Shown here: in pieces, positions 32,636 to 46,156 of the stretch
Numbering within the stretch: position 1 is the first letter of the stretch
Layout of the letters: each line of letters starts with the position of its first letter
Origin: the human T2T-CHM13v2.0 reference genome, Homo sapiens
DNA length: 64,000 bases
Strand: one strand, 5' to 3'
Assembly (NCBI RefSeq): GCF_009914755.1
Contig: NC_060936.1
Position numbers and translations under genes: made by a program
The notes under the pieces: generated by a model
The model's input: only the letters and a program-made list of their open reading frames with translations
What the model was told of the DNA's origin: nothing
The model's database searches: none

Positions 32636-34171
32636 AAAGTTGCTTCTACATTTCTGGGTAGCACCTGTGGATTAATATGTTACCTTTCTCAGTCATAACA
32701 TCAGAATCATGACTTTTCATTTTAACTATACACATGCTGCTTTATCTGTATCTTATTATACTGTAGACTATTCTACTGCAAAAGTTAACCTATCTCCGAA
32801 CACACCAAGTTTAGAAAGCAAAATATCTAGCTTATAAAATCCAGATAAGTCATGTTTTCACTAGTCTAATATTTAATATCCAATATTAACCATAAAATTC
32901 AAGTATGTTAAGAATTTTAAAATAAAAACTAACACAGTTTGATGCCTATTGCTCAAGGAATCAGCTGTCATAAAGGGTTTGAATAAGTAAATATGTGGTT
33001 GCTAGAATGTAAAAACTTTAAAATGTTGAAGATTATATTTATTATTAATTTTTTTAAGTGTGATTATTCCTGCACACTTTTTATTTTCTGAAACTAACTT
33101 TTTGAAGTGTTCAGGACAATTGTCTTGTAGAACTGTCCCATATTGTGGATTTCTATTATTGTTTCCTCATGGCATTGTTTAACTGGCTCCTCTATCCTCT
33201 TTATTTTTGTACACTGGAAGGTCTAGGGGTTTAACTGGATTCAGATCCACCATCTTCAGCAAGGAGGCATCATAGGTTATGCTGTATTCTTCATACTGCA
33301 TTCTATCGAAGACATATGATGTTCCACTATTAATGATATGAACTTGATCGCTTGCTTAAGGTGCTGACCACCAAATCTCCCCACTGCAAAGTACATTTTC
33401 CCCAATCTGAGGTCAAATACTTTGGCACTAGAAGAATTACGTATTCCTCAACAGCTTTTCACCTAATCATTTAGGTAGCCATTGAGGATCCTTATTTGAA
33501 ACAGTTATTACACTGGGGATTGAAAAATGGTGATTTCCTAACTGATCACTGCATCCACATTAGATAGATGGCATTCTACTGTAAAGAACTGTTCTTTCTT
33601 CACTCCACCTTCCCCCTTTGTTTCTGAAGTATCACTATAAACTCATAAATTTTTATTTATTCAATTTGTTATAATTGATTATAATCATTATTCTGATATT
33701 CAAATTATTCCAAATTTGATCAGTGGGACTTCTAAGCTAGCCTCTTAGCTAACGGCATCCCTTTCATACAATGTCATTAGTCTCTGAGTGTTTGCTTGCC
33801 TTCTAGCACAGTAAGATAATCCAGCCTCATCTTTCACTTTTCCTGCCCCAGAACTGAAATCCCACATCCTATTTATAGAATAAAAAGAAATCTGGTTCAT
33901 GCTGATATTTCCATTTCAAATATAACATTATAGTTTCTTCTTCTTCTCCTTTTTCTTCTATTTTTACTTTTATTTTTTTGAGACAGAGTCTGCCTCTGTT
34001 GCCCAGGTTGAAGTGCAGTGGTTCACTGCAGCACTGACATCCTGGACTCAAGCGATGCTCCCACCTCAAGCTCCCAAGTAGCTGGGACAACAGGCAAACC
34101 ATGCTTGGCTAATATATATATTAGGATGAGGTCTCCTATCCTATCCTTACATATTATTATCCTAAGAATAA

Positions 34172-34223
34172 TAAGGTTGGTGCAAAAGTAATTGCGGTTT
34201 TTGCCATTACTTTTAATAGCAAA
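34172..34223. mobile_element. Truncated MADE1 (Hsmar1-derived MITE)
   Basis: aggttggtgcaaaagtaattgcggtttttgccattacttttaat matches the MADE1 TIR and centre; the right arm is missing. Confidence 0.85.
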
Positions 34224-34592
34224 TAGAAATAGTATTCTATTTCTTTAAAAATAAAATATTTGGCGGGGAGCAGTGGCTCACACATGTAATCCCAGTACTT
34301 TGGGAGGCCAAGGAAGAAAGACTGTTTGTGTCCAGAAGTTTGAGACCAGCCTGGGTAACACAGGCAGATCCCATCTTTACTATCTCTAAAAAACAAAACA
34401 AAACAAAATAAATTATGTTTAAAAATAAAATATTATCAGTTATTAAATCTGGATAAATATATGTACTCTAAATTATTCTGCTAACTTTTCCATAATCTCT
34501 TCATTTTTCAACTTAAAAAATACTGGATTATTTTATAACATAAAATGTTAGCTCTTATAAAACTTAATATATAAGCAAAATATCACACTTAC

Positions 34593-34739
34593 TTTGAGAA
34601 GTATTTCTGTGGCTACACCGAATTTAAGATGAAGGAGCTCCTGCAGTTGTAGTATTGATTCTTGGTACTGTATTATATTTTTATCTTGCAAATCACATGG
34701 TGGAGTTTCCAGTAAAATAAATTTCAATTTCTCAATTAA
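34593..34739 (-). CDS. DNAI7: DNAI7 coding exon (147 nt, phase 0-0): LIEKLKFILLETPPCDLQDKNIIQYQESILQLQELLHLKFGVATEILLK
   Basis: ctttacag|TTAATT...CTCAAA|gtaagt; open and in frame. Confidence 0.95.
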
Positions 34740-35287
34740 CTGTAAAGTAAAAGAATATTTGCATTAATTCTCAGAGAAATAGTCAAGGACAAGTGAAAAA
34801 GGGAATGTTTTATCCCTTTTGAATTGAGGAACACATCCTTAGCAAAACATATAGAAACCTTTCCTGTATTTATTCTGTAATTTAAGATCATAAACAAAAA
34901 TTTCCTCCCAAACTCCCTTAAAATTAATTATAACACACTGAATAAATAAAAATCCATGAGTCTATAGTGTTAGACGTTCAGAAATGAAGGGGGAAGGTGG
35001 GGTGAAGAAAGACCAGTTCTTTACAGAAGAGTGCCATCTGTCTAATGTAGATGCAATGATCACTTAGCAAATCACCATTTTTCAATCCCCAGTGTAATAA
35101 CTGCTTCAGATAAAGATCCTCAATGGCTACCTAAATGATTAGGTGAAAAGCTGTTGAGGAACACATAATTGTCCCAGTGCCAAAGTATTTGACCTCTGAT
35201 TGGGGAAAATGTACTTTGCAATGTGGAGATTTGATGGCAAACACCTTAACCATGTGATCAAATTCGCATCATTAAATTAATAATGGA

Positions 35288-35584
<297 letters not shown>

Positions 35585-37040
35585 AAATTAATAATGGAAC
35601 ATCATATGGCTTCTGATAGGATGCAGTATGAAGAACACAACATAACCTATGATGCCTTCTTGCTGAAAATGGTGGCTCTGAATCTAATTAAACCCTCGGA
35701 TCTACCAGTTAACTATGTGTGACAGCTTTCATTAGCAAGTTAATAAACGAGTGGCAACTTGTCATTACCTAAGACTGAGAGATAATAGAAAAAACAACAA
35801 AATATAACAACAATCAGGAGAAGGAGATGGAAGAGAACTACTAATATTTTTACTGAATGCTTACAATGCACCAGGAACTGTTCTAAATGCTGTATATGTT
35901 TTAATGCATTCATTCTTCATTATAACTCTATGAGGTAGATATTGTTACTGTGCATATTTTACAGATAATGAAACTGAGGCACAGTGTGATGAAGGAACAA
36001 CTAGTAAGTGGCAGAATTAAATTTTGAACACTAACACAGATAATACATAGAAATTTTCTGAATTAAGACAGGCAGCATCGTAGCGTAGGGTAGTATGGAC
36101 TCAAACAAGAATGCAGGGCTTCAATCCTGGCCACCTCTCAACTAGCAGTAGGGTCTTGGGCAAGTTATTGCCTCAATTTCCTCATTGGAAAAATTGGGTT
36201 TTTAGTACCTATCTCCTAGTGTTATTATGAGAACTCAGAAAGCCAATATTTCCAAAGCTTGGCATAGATTAAGCACTATATAAGAGTTTATTAAATAAAT
36301 TTGAAAATTTGGAAATTGGTGTTTACTACAGGGCCATTTCCTTCTGTTACTGCTATCCAACTCCACTTTTCTGCAGCTTTCTGCTTTCTTCCTTTCCTAT
36401 TGCTGTGATTACTCCCCTCTTCTGTCTCCTGTGTTATTGAACTTATCCTTTTCTCATCGTTTTTGCTATTACTTCTACTTCTGACTCCTCATTCTTGTAA
36501 CAGGAAGATGTCCCTTGCAGCTCATCACTGGTGAACTCTAGTACTACTTCCCACTGCCTCCCTGCTAACTGCAAAGTACCAGATTCCTAAGCTGACGTCA
36601 TGCCATGGCAGCCTCTCTGGTAGACAGGATGTGTAGTAGCAAGAACACTGTATGATTAATCCACAGGCATTTAAATAGCTCAGACTGCACGGGAGACTCC
36701 TTGGGCCTACGGAAAGTCAGAGTAAGGTCCATCTAAGGTCTCACAGTGGACTGCAAGCAAATCACAATCTATGTTTATTTGTTAAATGACTCTTATAATC
36801 TTGTTGTTTAGATTAAATCTCGCAATGCATGGTATGAGCTTAAAAGAGTCTACAGTTCTACCCTCTTATGACAACATGAAGAAGTTAAACTATAGCAGCA
36901 ATGACAGGAAGCATAAAACTGTGAGGAAGTGGACCAAAAAAGCATTAAAGGATAATAATAGGAATAAGAGTAGTGAATTCCTTCTAGTTTCTATTATCAC
37001 ATAAGTGTGTTTAAGTGTGAATGTATTTATCCTAACTTGA

Positions 37041-37860
37041 CGTGACATAAAAAGAAATAAATATTTGGTCTCTGCCCCCTGTTCCTGGCACAAGCTTCTT
37101 AGAATTTCTTGAGGGATAGGAATGACAGAAACAGCTTTTGTTATTTATAATAAGCCCTTTTCAACCTCACCTGAGTTTATGCTAATATGATGAGTCTCAG
37201 AGGATGGCGGCTGATTGCCAGAGGGACCAACCATGTGATTAGAGGGCTGAAACTTGCAGCCCCACTCCCTAGCCTCCAGGATGGGGAGAGGGGATGAAGA
37301 TGAACTTAAATGCCAACGGCAAATGATTTAATCAAGCATGCCTACATAAATGAGGTTTCCATAAAAAACTCAAACAATGAGGTTCAGAGAACTTTCCGGT
37401 TGGTGAACACATTGAGGTGCTGGAAGGGTGGTGTGCCCCAAGAGGGCACGGAAGCTCTACACTCCTCCCTACGGACCTCACCCCTTGTATTTCTTCATCT
37501 AGTTTTTCACTTGTATCTTTTGTAATATCCTTTATAATAAACCAGTAAAGGCGAGTAAATGTTTCTCTGAGTTTTGTGAGCCATTACAGCAAATAACCTG
37601 ACCAATGGCTTGTGGCTGATTTATAACAGGCTGATCAGAAGTACAGGTGACAACCTGGGACTTGTGATTGGAAGTGAAGGAAAGGGCAGTTTTGTGGGAC
37701 GGGGGTCTGCACTAGCTCTAAGTACTCAGTACCAGCACTGGATCGAAGGACACTTCAGTAGGAATCCGGAGAGTTGGATAATTGGTTGGTGTGAGAAAAC
37801 CCCACATACATTTGGTGTCAGAAGTGTTAAAAGTATAAACGCTGGTTTTTCGTTTTACTT
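37041..37860 (+). mobile_element. Solo LTR, MER21-like (ERV)
   Basis: MER21-type motifs ataataagcccttttcaacc, cctgagtttatgctaat, aacctgggacttgtgattgg and ggtgtcagaagtg. Confidence 0.65.
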
Positions 37861-38111
37861 AGAATTTCTTGAGCTTCCTGAATGTGAGGATTCACATCTT
37901 TCATCAATTCTGGAAAATTTTCAGCCATTATCTCTTTGAATATTGTCTCTCTTCCATTCTTCTGTATCCCTTCTTTTCTTTTTTAGCCCTTGTTACTCTA
38001 TCATACATGCCTGTCAACTGCTCTTTCATATTTTCTATCTCTTTGTCTCTGTGCTGTCTTCTGGTAAATTTTCCAATCCAACTTTTGATTCACTCCTCAT
38101 TAAAAATTCTT

Positions 38112-38412
38112 GGCTAGGTGCAGTGGTAATCCTAGCACTTTGGGAAGCTGAGGCTGCTGGATCATTTGAGGTCAGCAGTTTGAGACCATCCTGGCCAACA
38201 TGGTGAAACCTCATTTCTACTAAAAATACAAAAATTAGCCAGGTGTGGTGGCACATGACTGTAATTCCAGCTATTGGGAGGCTGAGGCATGAGAATTGGT
38301 TGAATCCAGGAGGTAGAGGTTGCGGTAAGCCGAGATCACGCCACTGCACTCCAGCCTGGGTGACAGAGCGAGATGCCGTCTCAAAAAATTAATTAAATAA
38401 ATAAATAAATAA
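38112..38412 (+). mobile_element. AluS
   Basis: Alu body, (TAAA)n tail, TSD taaaaattctt. Confidence 0.88.
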
Positions 38413-39280
38413 AAATTCTTAGTGGAGACATTTTTGTTTCTTATTCACTAAGCTAAAGATAAGCCAAACGCATCTTATCTCCTTTTGCACAATAAATTTT
38501 TCCTGTTATCCATAATGTCTTTTGAGGCTCCCAGGCATACAGGAGTCTCTGGTTCAACTTACCACCTTGTATGTACTCTAGGCTTTGCCTCCTGATGGCC
38601 CTTTGAACCAATGCTAAGCCATAGCAGTTACCTAGCTAAGCCACTAACTAGTTAGCTATAAAGCCATGGCTTCAAGACTTTCTTACTTTCTGGATTGTTT
38701 TATGGCCTCTAAGGTTTTACCTTACTTTTTTTGATTAAAGCAATGAATTTAAATTTTTTTTAATAAATTAGTTTTTTTTCCCCCAGTATTTTTAAGTGCA
38801 TTGTAAAGTGGCAGCTTCTCAGGCTAGTCTAACCATCCTATTTGCAGGAACAAAAGTTAGAATATTCTGATTTGTCTTTGTACCCCCACTGTCTAACAGA
38901 GTGTATACCTGGCACCTAGTAAACATGAAAAATCATGGGTACTAAATTACTGAACAGTGGATATTCCAACTGAGGATAAAATTACCCACTACCCCCACCC
39001 GAGTTATCTACATGAATGCATGCAACTTGATTTTTGTTTCTTGATTAGACAGACAAATAATCAATGTTTTATGATATGCTGACCTTAGCTAATATGGCAA
39101 GGAATTCTTAGGACTTGTAAAAAAGAAAAAAGAAAATGAAAAGATTACCAATTACTTCTTTTGCTAAGGGTTCAAAAGCAGTAGTGTTATTACTTGGCAA
39201 ATGATATATTAATTTTTATTTTGAGTTAATATCAGACTATTTGTAATAGCCAGTTTATAGGAAAATGCATAAATACCTAC

Positions 39281-39418
39281 ATTTAGCACTACTTTACTCT
39301 TCTCAATCACTTCCTCAAAAGTCTCATTTGTTTTCTCTTTCCACAAACTAATAAACGTGTTCATTTCTTGGGCTACTGAAGGATCAGGACTCCCATCACA
39401 TTGAATGTAGTGCTTCCA
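39281..39418 (-). CDS. DNAI7: DNAI7 coding exon (138 nt): WKHYIQCDGSPDPSVAQEMNTFISLWKEKTNETFEEVIEKSKVVLN
   Basis: ttccacag|TGGAAG...CTAAAT|gtaggt; contained in ORF 39209..39535(-); CDGSPDP motif typical of the Casc1 N-terminal domain. Confidence 0.95.
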
Positions 39419-40272
39419 CTGTGGAATAAAAATGTTTAAAGGTTCACATTGATGAAGATTCAACCAAAGATTAAATGACTTCTTTTTTGAAGGTGAATTT
39501 TTATAACCTAGTTTAACCAACTTAGATAAAAACATGATGGCTTTAACCAGTAACTTGAGAGAGCTCTAAAATAACCAAGTTCTTCTTTATCCAAGTAACT
39601 TCTAATCCTTAATATTCAGATACATAGAAGCACTAAAATACTTTCACATTTTTATTTTTAAAGCATTATTTATAAGTAGTTTTGTTTTGCTTAGTTTTCC
39701 TCTCTAATCATAGAGCTGCTTATTTGCAAAGGCCAACACTTAGGCTAATTTCTACTTCCCAAGTTATTACTAATGTCTAGTTGCCACTGGCATTTTAGTA
39801 GAAGGCCTTCCATTCATTTTGTAGTTTATGCAAATTTCACATTTGTAATCATATTGTACTGTACTTAGAATTTTTCACTTGATTATACCACAATCTTTAG
39901 CCATATTATAATAGTTTTTCATTTTTCTCCTGATATTCACCTATATTATTTCCAAAGTTATGCAGTTTTGAGCAAGACTAGATTGCCTTAAGCACAAAGC
40001 TTTTACGTTTTAATTTAGCATAATTTCCCTAAGTATACATTCCCAGCAATTGAGTCAGAGTCAAAGAATATAAACATTTCAAGGACATTATTACTGACAA
40101 ATAGCTTTCTACAAAGTTATGTTAGTTTACTTTGCCATAAGCAATCAATTTGTCAGATGAGAGGGTTTTTTAAAACAGAAAAATTTAGTTTCTTTTCTTG
40201 GCATCAAAATTGGACTACACCTCCCTCTTGTGGTGACAAAGGTATTAGCTAAAAAAGAGAAATCAGTCCTAC

Positions 40273-40374
40273 CTGAGAAAGCAATTTAGTTTCCTGTTTC
40301 AATTTCTCTGCTTCAGGAAAACACCTCTCTAATAAATAAAGTTCTTCAAGTTCTTCATTTCTCCTTTCTAGATC
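40273..40374 (-). CDS. DNAI7: DNAI7 coding exon (102 nt): DLERRNEELEELYLLERCFPEAEKLKQETKLLSQ
   Basis: caacag|GATCTA...TCTCAG|gtagga; contained in ORF 40249..40440(-). Confidence 0.95.
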
Positions 40375-40537
40375 CTGTTGCACAAGGACAGATACATTGA
40401 TCAGCTCTTTAATTTTAACTTTATGTTTCACAAGTAGCATCTAAAACTGACGTGGCTAAATATATAACTGCAGTTTCAAAATGAATATTAAAATTAGTTT
40501 GAATATAACTGATATCTCCAAAAGGTTTCATCTGAAA

Positions 40538-42728
<2,191 letters not shown>

Positions 42729-42906
42729 ATCTAAAAGATTCTAGTGAAACAGAGAAGTGAAACTAAAAAAGGAGAGGTAGAATTTGAATATTTTGAATTT
42801 TTTTTTTTTTTGTTCCTGTTATCTTGTCTATACAACAGATTCATGTATGCTTAAAGGTTACAAGCATAGGCTCTGCAGCAAGACTTGCTTAGATCTAAGT
42901 CTTGGC

Positions 42907-43310
<404 letters not shown>

Positions 43311-43430
43311 TTAAGTTCATGTAGGCCTAAATATTACTGGTAGCTATGGGCTGAGAAGGACATTAAATGACAATAAATCTGATAGCCATAGTTTAAGTAT
43401 TCATTAAGAACATTATTAATGTTTATTTAC

Positions 43431-43522
43431 TTTTGCTTCAAGTCGATGCCATTTTTCTTTCTCAATTCGCTGTATTTCAAGCCTTTCCATTTCTTCTTTC
43501 TCATATTTCAAACGGGCTTCCT
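43431..43522 (-). CDS. DNAI7: DNAI7 coding exon (92 nt): (E)EARLKYEKEEMERLEIQRIEKEKWHRLEAK
   Basis: ttctttag|AGGAAGCC...GCAAAA|gtaaat; phase 1 to 0, in frame with both neighbours. Confidence 0.94.
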
Positions 43523-43697
43523 CTAAAGAACCAAAAATAATTTTTTTCTCAGTGAATAGATCACTGTATTTTTAAGCCCTTAAAATTACTCCTAATATTT
43601 TCAAGATGTAGTGGTGGAATCTTTTATAGAAGTCACAGTCTTTATTACATGGTAGATATGAGAAAAGTGTCAGTTCTCCTTTCTTCAAGACAGTAAC

Positions 43698-44406
43698 TAC
43701 AAGAAAAAATCAAACAACCCCATCAAAAAGTGGGCAAAGGATATGAACAGACACTTCTCAAAAGAAGACATTTATGCAGCCAACAGACACATGAAAAAAT
43801 GTTCATCACCACTGGTCATCAGAGAAATGCAAATCAAAACCACAATGAGATACCATCTCACACCAGTTAGAATGGCGATCATTAAAAAGTCAGGAAACAA
43901 CAGGTGCTGGAGAGGATGTGGAGAAATAGGAACACTAATGTTGATGAGACTGAAAACCAGTTCAACCAATGTGGAAGACAGTGTGGCGATTCCTCAAGGA
44001 TCTAGAACTAGAAATACCATTTGACCCAGCGATCCCATTACTGGGTATATACCCAAAGGATTATAAATCATGCTACTATAAAGACACATGACTCCCAGCC
44101 ATTGTCTCTTCTTTGCTTCTTGTGGAAATGATGTAGGAGTGGCTCCCTTGAGCACTCACTGTAGCTTTAGATGTGCTTCCTCTCTGCAGCAGGAGCTACT
44201 CGGCCTTATTATTCCCCTACTTAATTTGAGAATATTTATTCGATTTGAGTATGTTTTTGACCTGCCAGGGTCTGTGAAACAAAATAACTCCTACTGATAG
44301 CTTCTTATCAAGAGTAATTTAAAACATCCATCATCTCCTGCTGAATGTGTCAAAATAAAGGTTGAGACAAATTCCCATTTCCCAAAAAAAAAGAAAAAAA
44401 AAAAGA
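43698..44406 (+). mobile_element. Retrotransposed chimera: L1PA ORF2 fragment + unique sequence + poly(A)
   Basis: L1 ORF2 C-terminus ([16 protein letters not shown]...CWRGCGE) at 43698-44090; non-L1 sequence to 44383; AATAAA at 44354; A tail 44384-44406; TSD aaga(c/a)agtaac. Confidence 0.7.
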
Positions 44407-45175
44407 AAGAAAGTAACATGATTCAAACTTTGTGGTCAAAAATAAAAAAATAAAAAATAAGCCACAATAATATTTTTCTTCTCCAAAAGGTTTATAGCAA
44501 TCCAATAGTGATTTTAACCAATAAGGTATGGCAGACCTATCATGGCAATGAAGAGGAAGTCAAGCCTTCAGAAGACTTCCATAATCTTGTGACATCTACA
44601 TCTCAGATGCAATTACCTTAATCTTCTCCTGCTCTCACTATTAAAAACAAAATGTGAAGTACATATTGAAGAGTATAAGTTTAATCCAATATAAATAAAA
44701 CATGCCCCAAGATATAGATCCTGATATTGTATTTGTATCAGGAGTCACCGAAAAAAAAGGATGTATAAAATTATACATAAAAAGTCAATATGGAACCTGA
44801 GAACAGTCTTTTAAAAACCTCTATCTAAATACTCAGATTTTAAAAATCACTTTTTGGTACTTTAATTAATAAACACTTTTATCAATGTTTAATCAGTTTT
44901 TTAACAAATAAAATTAGTATTTTAAATTTGGCAAATAAATATTATAAAACTGTAAAAATTTAGGCTGCTCTATGTATTTCTTGCTAGTTTATATTTCCCA
45001 CATTTAATGAATTTGAGTTTCAGAATTTTTACTGAACAAACAGCACCAATGCTCCTAATTTCTTTTTTTGTTTTGTTTTATTTATTCTTTTATTTTTATA
45101 AAAGAATAAAAATATACATGGTCTTTTAAAATTCCAATGCTCCTAATTTCATCAGTAAATATAAACACTTCAAGA

Positions 45176-45876
45176 TAGGGTTACCAGAATTAGCAGATTA
45201 AAACATGGGATGCTCAGTTGAATTTGAATTTTAGATGAACAATAAACATTTGTTGAATATGAATTCTAAATTTCTCTTCAAAGAATTAATATGTCAGTAT
45301 GTTCAATTCTTTGCCTTCTACTTTTAAACTTAACTTCTTCGTAAAGCAACCTTTTTCGATTACTGACTCCACCCTGACTCATTCTGATCACCTACTCCAC
45401 ACTAACTCATTCTGATCACCTGCTCCACCCTAACTCATTCCGATTACCTGCTACCTGCTCTGCCCTGAATCCGGCCAAAGCGCTCACCCCGTCATTCTCT
45501 TTAAATTAGCCAATCGGAATTAGTTTATCCTGTGTGGTCTAACCCTAGCCAATAGGGGAATGACACAGTAGCAGGGGCCACAGGCGCCAGGGATAAGAAC
45601 CCCTTCCCCTCCCTTGTCCAAGTGTGCACCCACCATTGCTCCATTGGTGAGAGAGCACCCTTCTATAGAAGTACCTTGCCTTGCTGAGAAATAAAAAGAA
45701 AATTTTATATTCGAGTGCTATTTCTTTTGCGGCACCAAAACTTTATTTAAAACAATTTTTTTTTTAAGTTAAGTATGTCCCAAGTATTGCATGGGACAAA
45801 TTATCCCAAATTATCCATGTGATTATCTGAAAGTTAAATTTAACTGGGCTCTTGTATTTTATCTCTGGCAACCCTA
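45176..45876. mobile_element. MER53-like palindromic MITE interrupted by an LTR
   Basis: TIRs tagggttaccaga... and ...tctggcaaccta-like end (ctggcaaccctaa); internal gtcccaagtattgcatgggac. Confidence 0.7.
45251..45754 (+). mobile_element. Solo ERV1 LTR (LTR15-like)
   Basis: TG...CA ends, ttctaaatttctcttcaaagaa start motif, ~26-bp tandem repeats, CCAAT boxes, AATAAA. Confidence 0.72.
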
Positions 45877-46071
45877 ATTCAATATATATCTGAAAGAGAC
45901 TGGCATGTACTAACATCTTTCTGGATACTTTCTAAAAGATAGATACCTATTATAAAACAGATTAAATTTTAAAATTAAAGAACTTTGAAAAAATATTGAC
46001 TTTACTACAAAAGACCAACCTATCGTGACTATTACCTGTATAGGTAAATAGTATCACTATTTATTTTGTAC

Positions 46072-46156
46072 CTTCCTCTTTCAGTCGTCTCTCCTCCTCC
46101 TCTTGTAGCAGCTTCAATCGTTCAGCTTTGGTGACTTTCTTTTTCTTACTGCCAGA
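46072..46156 (-). CDS. DNAI7: DNAI7/CASC1 coding exon (85 nt; probably exon 3): SGSKKKKVTKAERLKLLQEEEERRLKEE+G
   Basis: Minus strand ttgttaag|TCTGGCAGT...GAGGAAG|gtacaa. Peptide matches the recalled CASC1 N-terminal coiled coil; the phase-1 end fits the next exon. Confidence 0.93.
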
